48,880 nt of DNA from Mesotaenium endlicherianum. Its lineage: Eukaryota. Of the stretch, positions 27,588 to 37,393 are shown in pieces. The notes under the pieces are model-generated. The model saw only the letters and a program-made list of their open reading frames with translations, was not told the DNA's origin and searched no databases. The translations under genes and the position numbers were made by a program. Numbering within the stretch: the first letter of the stretch is position 1; every line of letters starts with the position of its first letter. The DNA lies in contig WELA01003502.1 in assembly GCA_009602735.1 (NCBI GenBank), positions 1 to 48,880 on the forward strand, given 5' to 3'.

Positions 27588-28250
27588 ATGAAATACAGAT
27601 TATTCATTTTGTTTCTTGCTGCAGTGATTGTATCAGGATGCAGTACCGCTTACAATTTGTCATACACAGATTACGACCAAACCGCTGACTTCGCTAAGTA
27701 CAAGACCTTTTCCTGGATTCCTCATACAGACAATGATAACACTCCTTATCACAACCAGATTATTTTCAATAATACCATCAATTATTTTTCGCATGAATTG
27801 GCGGCAAGGGGTATGACTTTAGATAATGACAACCCGGATGTGCTCTTTGAACTCAAAGTAACAGAAAGTAAAAAGAGCAGGACTGAACAGGTCCGCACAA
27901 CTGTTCCTGTCTATAATTATAATAATGCCTATCAGTACAGGGCCATTTCACCTCATAACCCCTATTATAATGTTAACCCAAGGGCTTATTATTATAACAG
28001 GCCATTAAATTACAATTATAACAGCTATACATACGGCTATACTACCAAAACTGTAGAATACATCCTGGGAGCAATAACTGTAAACGTTATTGACAGGAAG
28101 CAAAATAAGTTTATTTATACTGCCACAGTGGAAGCCGATTTATACGACCCCTCCACTCTGCAGAGAGAATTGCACCCTGCCGTGCATACACTTTTGGAAA
28201 ATTACCCGGTAAAGCCCCCTGCGGTGACAAAAAAGAAAAATGGAAGATGA
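27588..28250 (+). CDS. DUF4136-like lipoprotein (Tyr/Asn-rich)
   Basis: Start at MKYR with VSGC lipobox; DYDQTADFAKYKTFSW; paralog of 4611-5288. Confidence 0.75.
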   Translation: MKYRLFILFLAAVIVSGCSTAYNLSYTDYDQTADFAKYKTFSWIPHTDNDNTPYHNQIIFNNTINYFSHELAARGMTLDNDNPDVLFELKVTESKKSRTEQVRTTVPVYNYNNAYQYRAISPHNPYYNVNPRAYYYNRPLNYNYNSYTYGYTTKTVEYILGAITVNVIDRKQNKFIYTATVEADLYDPSTLQRELHPAVHTLLENYPVKPPAVTKKKNGR

Positions 28251-28336
28251 CAGCATATTTATAAAAGTTAAATACGGTCTGGATATACATCACTTAACAT
28301 GAATTTGATTTTAAAATATCATCTAAAACTAAAAAT

Positions 28337-28765
28337 ATGAAACAGTTATTTGCATTTGTTATGATGCTATTATCTGCATCATTTTTAAAGGCACAGGATA
28401 TTATTATTTTGCGTACAGGAGAATCTATCAATGCCAGAATATCTGAAGTTGGCATCAGCGAAGTAAAGTATTTTAAATCTTCTAACCTTAGTGGGCCGGT
28501 ATATGTTACTGCCAAAGCAGACATTGGCAGCATTGTATATGAAAATGGGAATAAAGATGTATTTAATGCCCCTGCACAACAGCCAACTACCGTAATTGTA
28601 CAACAACCAACACCACTTACTGTTTACACTGAACAATCCGTTCGCCGGATAAGCTTATGGAACAGCGGCTGGTGGCATCCTATTGTCGTTAGTCATATTG
28701 ACTTTGGGCACCATGGCGGATATTATTATGGTGGTCATCATGGAGGTCATGGCGGGCATCATTAA
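28337..28765 (+). CDS. Exported hypothetical protein with His/Gly-rich tail
   Basis: Signal peptide AQD; DIIILRTGE...IVYENG small domain; ends HHGGYYYGGHHGGHGGHH. Confidence 0.75.
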   Translation: MKQLFAFVMMLLSASFLKAQDIIILRTGESINARISEVGISEVKYFKSSNLSGPVYVTAKADIGSIVYENGNKDVFNAPAQQPTTVIVQQPTPLTVYTEQSVRRISLWNSGWWHPIVVSHIDFGHHGGYYYGGHHGGHGGHH

Positions 28766-28775
28766 ATAGAAAAAT

Positions 28776-28852
28776 ATGGGTCGGAGTCCTGCTTTGTTTG
28801 TCCCGTTTTAAAAATGGAAAACCTTTAGTAGCAGGGTTTCCGCACCCACCAA
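28776..28852 (+). ncRNA. Candidate structured RNA element, copy 1
   Basis: Close match to 44017-44094; long stem TGGGTCGGAGTCCTGCT/AGCAGGGTTTCCGCACCCA; substitutions between copies preserve pairing. Confidence 0.6.
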
Positions 28853-28913
28853 TTGACAACTCTGTTTTAAACCGGATTTAATTCAAGTATTACTTTAAAA
28901 TAAAGTCATTTCA

Positions 28914-29567
28914 ATGGAGCAGCAAAAAAAATTTATACCGGCACTCAGGTTCAAATGGCTTACTCCTGTATATGATTTTTTCATCAGTATTACTATGCCC
29001 GAGAAAAAGATTAAAAAGGCATTGATTTCCGATACAAATATCTATGCCGGTGCAAAGCTGCTTGATTTTGGGTGTGGCACTGCTACATTAACTATCATGG
29101 CAAAACAGTCATCGCCGGAGGCAAAAGTAACAGGCATTGATGTTGATAAAGAGATATTGGAGAAAGCAACCAAAAAGATAAAAGAGGAAAGGCTGGATAT
29201 TTTTTTATTTGATTATGATGGAAAACATTTGCCCTTTCAGCGTAATGCTTTTGACAGAGTAATTTCCTGCCTGGTTTTTCATCACCTTGATACAGATGTA
29301 AAACAAAATATGCTGGCAGAGATTTTCCGGGTTATGAATAAAGATGGTGAGTTGGTTATTGCCGATTTTGGCCGTTCTAAATCATGGATTCAAAGAATGC
29401 TTTTTAATATGATAAGAAGCTTAGATGGATTTAAATCAACGGATGCAAATGCCAGAGGATTATTACCTGAAATGATTTCGGATGCCGGATTTGAAAATGT
29501 AGGCATTAAAAATCGCTTTAAGACAATGTTTGGTGAAGTACAAATAATCAGTGCGAAAAAAATATAA
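28914..29567 (+). CDS. Class I SAM-dependent methyltransferase
   Basis: LLDFGCGTA; GIDVD; LPF...FDRVISCLVFHHL; IADFG. Confidence 0.88.
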   Translation: MEQQKKFIPALRFKWLTPVYDFFISITMPEKKIKKALISDTNIYAGAKLLDFGCGTATLTIMAKQSSPEAKVTGIDVDKEILEKATKKIKEERLDIFLFDYDGKHLPFQRNAFDRVISCLVFHHLDTDVKQNMLAEIFRVMNKDGELVIADFGRSKSWIQRMLFNMIRSLDGFKSTDANARGLLPEMISDAGFENVGIKNRFKTMFGEVQIISAKKI

Positions 29568-29585
29568 ATACAACTATACAGTATC

Positions 29586-30155
29586 ATGAGAAAGAAATTT
29601 TATTTACTGCTTTTAATAATTGGGTCAGCGCTTTCTGTAACAGCACAGGAACTAATGAAAGAGGAGGTTTGCTACAATCCTAATTTAAAAAAAGATACCA
29701 GCAAGAAAAGTATTAAATCTATGGCTTTTGCAGTTGTCAATGGCGATAGCATAAAGATTAATTATCATTCTCCGGGTGTTCGTAAAAGAATTATTTGGGG
29801 CGGATTAGTTCCTTATGATGAGGTATGGGTAACAGGTGCTCATGATGCCACCACATTGGACATGCCACAGGCTTTTGTTGTGATCGGTAAAGAAATACCC
29901 GCCGGTAAATATGCTTTCTTCTCCATCCCTGGTAAAAAAGAATGGACTTTGATAATAAATAAAAACTGGAAACAGCATCTTGCCACAGAGTACGATGAAA
30001 AAGATGATGTAGTGAGAATAAAAGTGAAACCGAAGAAAAATAATTATACCGAAAGACTGCAATATTTTATAGAACCTGCTAACGGTAATAGTGTAAACAT
30101 TGCTATGGCTTGGGAACAAATAAAAATTGAATTTGAACTAAAAATTATAAAATAA
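29586..30155 (+). CDS. DUF2911-domain exported protein
   Basis: YHSPGVRKRIIWGGLVPYDEVWVTGA; AGKYAFFSIP. Confidence 0.82.
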   Translation: MRKKFYLLLLIIGSALSVTAQELMKEEVCYNPNLKKDTSKKSIKSMAFAVVNGDSIKINYHSPGVRKRIIWGGLVPYDEVWVTGAHDATTLDMPQAFVVIGKEIPAGKYAFFSIPGKKEWTLIINKNWKQHLATEYDEKDDVVRIKVKPKKNNYTERLQYFIEPANGNSVNIAMAWEQIKIEFELKIIK

Positions 30156-30160
30156 TTACT

Positions 30161-30688
30161 ATGAAAAGAATACTATTCTTTATTGCTTTTACTTTGACTA
30201 TTTCCTTACCATCATTTTCTCAAAGTAAAGAAGATGGCACCGACCGTGCCGCAATCAAACAATATTTTAGGGACAGAGATACGAATACAGTCTCACCTAA
30301 AACTAAATATATTAATGCGGTCAGGGCTGTCCTGAAACAATACAACAGTGCATTAGAAAAGCTGGATATAACAGGCACAGAAAACCTTTTTGCTGACGAT
30401 GCTGTAATTTATGAATCCGGTGAAAATGAAGGGCCTTATACCAGTTATATGCAAGAACATTTGAGATCTGAGTTAAAGCAGTACAAATCACTAAAATTTA
30501 CTGATTACAAAGTGGAGGTTATAATTGCGGGCAATTATGCTTTTACTACAGAGACATACAACTATGTAATAGTAGTTGCAAAAGACAATACAGAGGCGAA
30601 ATATAAAGGTGTTACCACCGCCATACTAAAGAGAGCAAAAGGTGAATGGAAAATTTCAGTAAGTCACAATTCATCAGGAAAACAATAA
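30161..30688 (+). CDS. Exported NTF2/SnoaL-like protein, paralog of 20750-21199
   Basis: EKLD.TG..NLF; YMQEHLRSEL; AFTTETY; WKISVSHNS. Confidence 0.75.
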   Translation: MKRILFFIAFTLTISLPSFSQSKEDGTDRAAIKQYFRDRDTNTVSPKTKYINAVRAVLKQYNSALEKLDITGTENLFADDAVIYESGENEGPYTSYMQEHLRSELKQYKSLKFTDYKVEVIIAGNYAFTTETYNYVIVVAKDNTEAKYKGVTTAILKRAKGEWKISVSHNSSGKQ

Positions 30689-30692
30689 AGTA

Positions 30693-31661
30693 ATGTTCAA
30701 AGATTTTTCTTCATTACATCCACTGGCGGTGCATTTCCCCATTGTGCTTATTCTATTGGCTGCCGTTTTACAGGCCGTTCTGGTTTGGAAAGACCTGAAG
30801 CAGATTAAATGGGTTACACTTGTTATCATGGCCGGTGCTTTCTTTTCATCCCTTGCCGCCAGCACCATCTTTCATGCAGAGCCATCAACAGATGCCCCTA
30901 AAGCAGCTTTGGAAATATTTGTGCAGCATGAGAAATATGCTCAATTAACATTATGGACGAGTGGTATCACTTTGTTATTAAAGTGTATCGGCGTTTTCTT
31001 TAAAATTAATCGTCGCTCATTTGAAATTATTGTACTTGTATCCGCAGTCATTGCTGCTGTTTTTCTTTCCATTGCAGGTCACCATGGGGCAAAACTTACC
31101 CATGTGGCCGGTGTGGGGCCAATGGGTAAATACCTGATGAAAGGCCATGGCGCTGTTGAAGATATGGAAGGCATGGATATGAAGAATGATTCAGAATTGA
31201 AGATGAATGATACTATGCCTGGTATGAACACTATGGATAAAATGTCAGGTATGGATACAAAGAAGATGGACTCTTCTATGAGTATGAAAGACATGGTTAT
31301 GCCCGGAATGAGTAAAAGCAGGGATATTAAAGATATGAAGGGGATGAAGAATATGCCAGGTATGAAAGGCATGGATGAAATGAAGGACATGAAGGATATG
31401 CCGGGCGTGGATAAAATGAAAATGGATTCATCCATGAACATGAAAGACATGAAGGATATGAAAATGGATTCCTCTATGAAAGATATGAATAACATGCCCG
31501 GAATGGATAAAATGAAAATGGACTCATCTATGAACATGAAGGACATTGATATGTCAGGTATGGGAGATATGAAAATGCCTGTAAAAAACCCGATGGATAC
31601 ATTGCGTTTTCCTGACAACAATCCGGGCCGTAAAAAGAATTATAAGCAGAATAAACAATAA
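30693..31661 (+). CDS. DUF2231-like membrane protein with a long Met-rich repetitive tail
   Basis: LHPLAVHFPI; HE; GHHGAKL; about 43 Met in roughly 150 C-terminal residues. Confidence 0.8.
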   Translation: MFKDFSSLHPLAVHFPIVLILLAAVLQAVLVWKDLKQIKWVTLVIMAGAFFSSLAASTIFHAEPSTDAPKAALEIFVQHEKYAQLTLWTSGITLLLKCIGVFFKINRRSFEIIVLVSAVIAAVFLSIAGHHGAKLTHVAGVGPMGKYLMKGHGAVEDMEGMDMKNDSELKMNDTMPGMNTMDKMSGMDTKKMDSSMSMKDMVMPGMSKSRDIKDMKGMKNMPGMKGMDEMKDMKDMPGVDKMKMDSSMNMKDMKDMKMDSSMKDMNNMPGMDKMKMDSSMNMKDIDMSGMGDMKMPVKNPMDTLRFPDNNPGRKKNYKQNKQ

Positions 31662-31672
31662 ATGATAACTAC

Positions 31673-33934
31673 ATGAAGAAACTGTTTTCATTTATATTGC
31701 TGATTCCGGTTTGCACTGTTGCACAGATGAAACATTCCATGTCATCAGCAAAAGGCGACAGCACAAAAAAGATTACATCGTACAATTTTCCTTTAAAGCC
31801 AAACCAACTTGCATTTGGAAAAATTTACCAGGGTAAAAAAGTGGAGTATGACCTGTATGTAACTGACACCATGGTAAACTTTACAGGCAAACGCCGTCAT
31901 GCCATTGCTATCAACGGGCAGATTCCGGCCCCGATTCTTGAGTTTACCGAGGGTGATACTGCCATCATCCGGGTACATAACATGATGAAGATGGAAACAT
32001 CTATTCACTGGCATGGCATATTATTGCCTAACAAAGAAGATGGCGTTCCCTATTTAACAACGTCTCCCGTTAAGCCTGGCCAAACTTATACTTTCACTTT
32101 CCCGTTAATACAAAGCGGCACCTACTGGTATCACTCACATACCATGCTTCAGGAACAAAGTGGTTTATATGGTTCTATTGTAATCCATCCGGCCAAGCCA
32201 GAACCTCAATTGAAAGAGTATGTATTATTATTATCAGACTGGACAGATGAAAACCCACATCAGGTAATGCGTTACCTAAAACGTGGCGGTGAATGGTATG
32301 CTATTAAAAAAGGTGCATTGCAAAGTTATGGAGAAGCAATTGCAGCAGGTGCATTCAAAGATAAACTCAAACAGGAATGGCAGCGTATGCCTGCCATGGA
32401 TGTCTCAGATGTTTATTACAATAAATTTTTACTGAACGGACAGGAAACAAACGAGTTTAAAGATGCAAAGCCGGGAGAAATAATCCGGCTTCGGATTATT
32501 AATGGTTCAGCCTCTACATACTTCAATCTGCAATATGCAAACAGCTATATGCGTATAATTGCTGCCGATGGTATCAACGTTACACCTGTTAATGTAAATA
32601 AGCTTGAAATCGCTATTGCAGAAACCTATGATGTATTGATTACCGTACCGGAATCAGGCGCAGCTGAACTTCGGGCTACTTCATGGGATGTAACAGGATA
32701 CTCATCTGCTTATTTCGGCAACGGCTCTATTATTAAAGCCCCTGATATTCCAAGGCTGAATTATTTTAAAATGATGAAGGAAATGGGCAACATGAATATG
32801 AAAGGGACGGATATGAGTAAAATGCAGGGCATGAATATGAAAGGCATGAACATGTCTAACGATACCGTGTCAGCAAAGAAGAAAACGGATATGCAGAATA
32901 TGGAGGGAATGAAGATGGATGATATGCAGGGCATGGATATTAAGATGGACATGCCGGGTGAATTTAATTACAACATGCTGCGGGCACTGCATCCAACAAC
33001 GTTAGATTCTTCATTATCGCCAAGGGAAATTAAACTAACGCTAACCGGTAATATGCTCCGGTATGTCTGGTCGTTCAATTATAAAAATTTATCGGCTGCT
33101 GATAAAATCCTTATCAGAAAAGGCGAAAGAGTGCGGTTCGTTTTAACCAATAACACTATGATGCGGCACCCATTGCATTTGCATGGGCATTTTTTCCGGT
33201 TCATCAATGCGCAGGGTGAGTATTCACCAATGAAACACACATTCGATATTAAACCAATGGAGACTGTTACCATAGAGTTTGAGGCTAATGAACAACAGGA
33301 CTGGTTTTTTCATTGCCATATTTTATACCACATGATGGCTGGTATGGCCAGGATAGTAAGCTATGAAGGAAGTGAGCAAAATGAATTTGCAAAAACCAGC
33401 TATAAGAAATTAAAGAAGGAAGATAATGCAATCTATCCCTGGTATGATTTATCTGTACACACACAGGGGGCATGGTTGAGTGGAAATATTTCAAACAATA
33501 AAATGGCATTGGAATTTGAAGGTCGTGTAAGCTGGAAAGGAAACTATGAAACAGAAACACATTTGCTCCGCTACCTTGACAAAAATCAATACCTGGCCTT
33601 TTATATAGGATATGATTACCGGAAAAATAAAACGCTTCCGTTGTTTAACAAACCGAATAGCAAAGATAACCGGCATGTTTTGGATGCAGGCTTTTACTAT
33701 TTGCTGCCTATGCTAATCCGTTCTGAATGGAGAATTGACCACACCGGACGTTTACGACTACAACTGGAAAGAAGGGATTTACCCTTGAGCAATAACTTCT
33801 TTTTTGATTTCAGAATAAATACTGATAAGGAATATAATGTAGCGGCAAGATACATGATTGCCAAATCGTTTTCTATCAGCACAAATTATGACAGTGATTA
33901 CAAATGGGGAATTGGATTAACATGGCATTACTGA
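31673..33934 (+). CDS. CopA-type multicopper oxidase with Met-rich insert and C-terminal beta-barrel-like domain
   Basis: HWHG, YWYHSH, HPLHLHG, HCHILYHM; amphipathic beta-strand C-terminus ending GIGLTWHY. Confidence 0.9.
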   Translation: MKKLFSFILLIPVCTVAQMKHSMSSAKGDSTKKITSYNFPLKPNQLAFGKIYQGKKVEYDLYVTDTMVNFTGKRRHAIAINGQIPAPILEFTEGDTAIIRVHNMMKMETSIHWHGILLPNKEDGVPYLTTSPVKPGQTYTFTFPLIQSGTYWYHSHTMLQEQSGLYGSIVIHPAKPEPQLKEYVLLLSDWTDENPHQVMRYLKRGGEWYAIKKGALQSYGEAIAAGAFKDKLKQEWQRMPAMDVSDVYYNKFLLNGQETNEFKDAKPGEIIRLRIINGSASTYFNLQYANSYMRIIAADGINVTPVNVNKLEIAIAETYDVLITVPESGAAELRATSWDVTGYSSAYFGNGSIIKAPDIPRLNYFKMMKEMGNMNMKGTDMSKMQGMNMKGMNMSNDTVSAKKKTDMQNMEGMKMDDMQGMDIKMDMPGEFNYNMLRALHPTTLDSSLSPREIKLTLTGNMLRYVWSFNYKNLSAADKILIRKGERVRFVLTNNTMMRHPLHLHGHFFRFINAQGEYSPMKHTFDIKPMETVTIEFEANEQQDWFFHCHILYHMMAGMARIVSYEGSEQNEFAKTSYKKLKKEDNAIYPWYDLSVHTQGAWLSGNISNNKMALEFEGRVSWKGNYETETHLLRYLDKNQYLAFYIGYDYRKNKTLPLFNKPNSKDNRHVLDAGFYYLLPMLIRSEWRIDHTGRLRLQLERRDLPLSNNFFFDFRINTDKEYNVAARYMIAKSFSISTNYDSDYKWGIGLTWHY

Positions 33935-33962
33935 GAAATTAAACAACGCATAAAAATGTTTT

Positions 33963-36248
33963 ATGGAACATAATAACGACAGCAAACAAAAATATACCTG
34001 CCTTATGCACCTGGAAGTTATAGAGGACAGACCGGGTATTTGCCCGAAGTGTGGAATGATGCTCATTCCGATTGGCACAAAAGAGGAAGAACATTCTCAT
34101 TCCCAACATCAACATACCGATTATAAAAAAGAGGAGCCTTCTTCTCATGAAGAGCATGTTGCACCAATTGCAGAAGTGAGAAACACACAAGGGTTTCAGA
34201 AATACACCTGTCCCATGCATCCGCAAATAGTACAGGATAATCCCGGCAAATGTCCTTTATGCGGGATGACACTCGTACCACTTACCAAGCCCGGTGCACA
34301 AGGAGGGCATGAAACTCATTCATCAGGTATTGCAGATTTCAAAAAACGCTTCTATGTTGTTTTAATACTGACAATACCCATCATGTTGTTGTCGCAAATG
34401 ATACAGCATTGGCTGAATATTCATATCAGTTTTCCCGGTTCAAAATATGTATTGCTCATTCTATCATCCATTGTATTCTTTTACGGAGGCTGGCCTTTTT
34501 TGAAAGGATTGGTTGGAGAAATGCGGGCAAAGAACCCAGGGATGATGACACTTGTAGCTTTTGCCATTTCAATAGCCTATGTGTACAGTGTGGCAACGGT
34601 ATTTGGATTAAAAGGCATGGATTTCTTTTGGGAATTGGCCACTTTGATTTTAATAATGCTGCTGGGTCACTGGATAGAAATGAAATCGGTAGCAGGCGCT
34701 TCCAGAGAACTGGAGCTGCTGGTGCAATTAATGCCTGATGATGCCCATTTGGTGAATGGAGATAAAATAACCGATGTAAAAACAGAATCGCTGAAAGAAA
34801 ATGATGTAATACTTATCAAACCTGGTGAGAAAGTAGCCGCAGATGGTGTTATTGCAGATGGCGAAAGTTATCTTAATGAATCCATGCTCACCGGTGAATC
34901 AAAACCTGTTGAAAAAACAAAAGGAGATAAAGTAATTGCAGGTTCTATTAATGGAAACGGCGCTATTAAAGTATCCGTATTACATGGTGCAGCGGATTCT
35001 TATTTATCACAAGTGATAAAACTGGTACAGGATGCCCAAAAATCAAAATCAAAAACACAATTAATTGCAGACAGGGCAGCAAGATGGCTGACACTGATTG
35101 CTATTGTAGCTGGCATTACTACATTCCTTGTTTGGTATTTATCTGGAAAGGATTTAGCTTTTTCCATTGAGAGGATGGTAACTGTTATTGTGATTTGCTG
35201 TCCCCATGCATTAGGATTAGCAGTGCCATTGGTGGTAGCGAAATCAACTGCCCTATCAGCAAAACATGGTTTATTGATAAAGAACAGAACGGCGTTTGAA
35301 AACGCAAGAAAGATAACTACCCTGGTATTTGATAAAACAGGAACGCTGACAGTTGGTAAGTTTCAGGTGGTGCGGTATGTAACGCATAATGATAAATACA
35401 CCCAGGAACAAATACTCAAATACGCAGCAGCACTTGAACAAAATTCAGAACATCCTATAGCAACCGGCATAACCGCCAAAGCAAAAGAACTGAATCTTGA
35501 ACTTCCTGCTGTTACTGGATTTGAAGCAATAACCGGTAAGGGCATAGCAGGAATCATTGACAAAAAAGATATTCTGGTAGTAAGCCCGGGATACCTGCAG
35601 GAAAAATTTACTTTTCTTACAAAAGACAGTGCTGTAAAAGCGGAGGAAACATTAGTCTTTGTATTAATTGATGATGATATTGCCGGCTCCATTGCACTGG
35701 CTGATGAAATAAGACCTGAATCAGCAGAAGCAATTAAAACATTGCATGAAAATAATATCAAGGCAATCTTATTAACCGGCGATAATGCAACTGTGGCAAA
35801 AGGTGTAAGTGAACGATTAGGCATGGACAGTTTTTTTGCTGAAGTATTGCCACATCAGAAATTAGAGAAAATAAAAGAGTTGCAGGATAAAGGAGAATAT
35901 GTTGCAATGACAGGTGATGGTGTAAATGATGCACCTGCTTTGGCACAGGCCAATGTAGGGATTGCAGTTGGTTCAGGTTCTGATATTGCCGCCGAAACAG
36001 CGGGGATTGTATTGGTTAACAGCAATCCTAAAGACGTTGTTTCATTGATTCAGTTTGGTAAAGCCACTTACAAAAAGATGATGCAGAATTTGATGTGGGC
36101 TACAGGTTATAACGTAGTGGCTTTACCATTGGCGGCAGGTGTGCTGTACAAAATGGGCATATTATTAAGCCCTGCTGCCGGTGCTGTATTAATGAGTGTA
36201 AGCACAGTTGTGGTAGCGATTAATGCAAGTTTGCTAAAAGTAAAATAG
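33963..36248 (+). CDS. copB: Copper-translocating P1B ATPase (CPH type, CopB-like) with two N-terminal metal-binding domains
   Basis: TGES, CCPHALGLA, DKTGT, SEHP, GDGVND, YN and MSVST; YTCxMH...CPxCGM twice. Confidence 0.9.
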   Translation: MEHNNDSKQKYTCLMHLEVIEDRPGICPKCGMMLIPIGTKEEEHSHSQHQHTDYKKEEPSSHEEHVAPIAEVRNTQGFQKYTCPMHPQIVQDNPGKCPLCGMTLVPLTKPGAQGGHETHSSGIADFKKRFYVVLILTIPIMLLSQMIQHWLNIHISFPGSKYVLLILSSIVFFYGGWPFLKGLVGEMRAKNPGMMTLVAFAISIAYVYSVATVFGLKGMDFFWELATLILIMLLGHWIEMKSVAGASRELELLVQLMPDDAHLVNGDKITDVKTESLKENDVILIKPGEKVAADGVIADGESYLNESMLTGESKPVEKTKGDKVIAGSINGNGAIKVSVLHGAADSYLSQVIKLVQDAQKSKSKTQLIADRAARWLTLIAIVAGITTFLVWYLSGKDLAFSIERMVTVIVICCPHALGLAVPLVVAKSTALSAKHGLLIKNRTAFENARKITTLVFDKTGTLTVGKFQVVRYVTHNDKYTQEQILKYAAALEQNSEHPIATGITAKAKELNLELPAVTGFEAITGKGIAGIIDKKDILVVSPGYLQEKFTFLTKDSAVKAEETLVFVLIDDDIAGSIALADEIRPESAEAIKTLHENNIKAILLTGDNATVAKGVSERLGMDSFFAEVLPHQKLEKIKELQDKGEYVAMTGDGVNDAPALAQANVGIAVGSGSDIAAETAGIVLVNSNPKDVVSLIQFGKATYKKMMQNLMWATGYNVVALPLAAGVLYKMGILLSPAAGAVLMSVSTVVVAINASLLKVK

Positions 36249-36266
36249 CGTTAGCGATAAAAAAGA

Positions 36267-36596
36267 ATGGAAATTATTCAGAAGGTTATTCATTATTTTC
36301 TTCACTTTGTTTTTCCCTTGGGAATAGCTTTTATCTTTTTCAGAGAAAGATGGAAACAAACTTACCTGATATTATTATTAACAATGTTGATAGATTCCGA
36401 CCATTTATTAGCAACCCCTTTTTATCATCCCTGCCGCTGCAGTATTGGCTTTCATCCGTTGCACAGTTATATCGCAGTAATGATATATACCTTGCTGATT
36501 TTATTTCCCAAATTCCGTGTCATATCAATCGGATTATTATTGCACATGGCTACTGACTATATTGACTGTATTTTCATTACTCATAATTGTAACTAA
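36267..36596 (+). CDS. DUF6122-like small membrane protein
   Basis: HYFLHF; DSDHLLATP; RCSIGFHPLHSY; LLHMATD. Confidence 0.75.
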   Translation: MEIIQKVIHYFLHFVFPLGIAFIFFRERWKQTYLILLLTMLIDSDHLLATPFYHPCRCSIGFHPLHSYIAVMIYTLLILFPKFRVISIGLLLHMATDYIDCIFITHNCN

Positions 36597-36607
36597 TATT
36601 ATAGTTT

Positions 36608-37393
36608 ATGGCAAAAAGCAAACACTACTACATACGAAAAGCTCACCGCTGGCTTGGCGTTATTTTAGGTATCCAGTTTTTATTATGGACAATTGGCGGC
36701 CTGTATTTCAGTTGGAGCAATATGGATGAAGTACATGGTGATTTTCAAAAAAAGAATGCGCCGTTACTATCTTCTAATATCTCACTGGTTAGTCCTACGA
36801 TGGTTCTTGATACCATAAAGAAAGTTCATCGCATTGATTCAATTGTATCAATTCAATTGATTGAAATTTTGGGTAAGCCTTTTTACCAGGTTCGTTGTAT
36901 AAGTGCCATTCACAACGAAGCAAATCATCAGCATGACATCCAATCCATGAATCATCTGGCTGATGCAAATACTGGTCAACTTCGTGGCCCATTGACAAAA
37001 GAAGAAGCAGTTGATGTAGCCAAAATGAGATTTAACGGTGAACCAAAAGTAAAATCAGTTGAATATTTAACAGGCACAAATGGTCATCATGAATACAGGG
37101 AAAGCCCACTGCCTGCTTATGCCATCACCTTTGAACACCCATCAAAAACCACTGTTTATGTTGCCAGTGAATTAGGAACCATTCAAAAGTTCAGAAATAA
37201 TAAATGGCGCATATTTGATTTTCTTTGGATGATGCATACTATGGACTATGAAAGCAGGGACAATATTGGTAACTGGTTGCTTCGGGCATTTTCCATTTTT
37301 GGATTGGTAACCGTGTTAAGTGGGTTTGCATTGTTCTTTGTGACTATCAAACGCAGGAAGAAAAAGGTTGCCAATTTCCCATCGCTGAATTAA
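36608..37393 (+). CDS. PepSY-associated TM domain protein
   Basis: RKAHRWLG...LWTIGGLYFS; WRIFDFLWMMHTMDY; C-terminal TM segment. Confidence 0.8.
   Translation: MAKSKHYYIRKAHRWLGVILGIQFLLWTIGGLYFSWSNMDEVHGDFQKKNAPLLSSNISLVSPTMVLDTIKKVHRIDSIVSIQLIEILGKPFYQVRCISAIHNEANHQHDIQSMNHLADANTGQLRGPLTKEEAVDVAKMRFNGEPKVKSVEYLTGTNGHHEYRESPLPAYAITFEHPSKTTVYVASELGTIQKFRNNKWRIFDFLWMMHTMDYESRDNIGNWLLRAFSIFGLVTVLSGFALFFVTIKRRKKKVANFPSLN

Noticed and set aside
28776..28811. Mini-ORF MGRSPALFVPF* in RNA element copy 1 (in copy 2 the equivalent ATG is in frame with mgtC)
   Set aside because: The reading frame is not conserved between copies (indels) while base pairing is, so RNA structure is the better explanation
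31160..31600. Tandem repeats as a possible CRISPR array
   Set aside because: They are degenerate in-frame coding repeats without unique spacers; no cas genes
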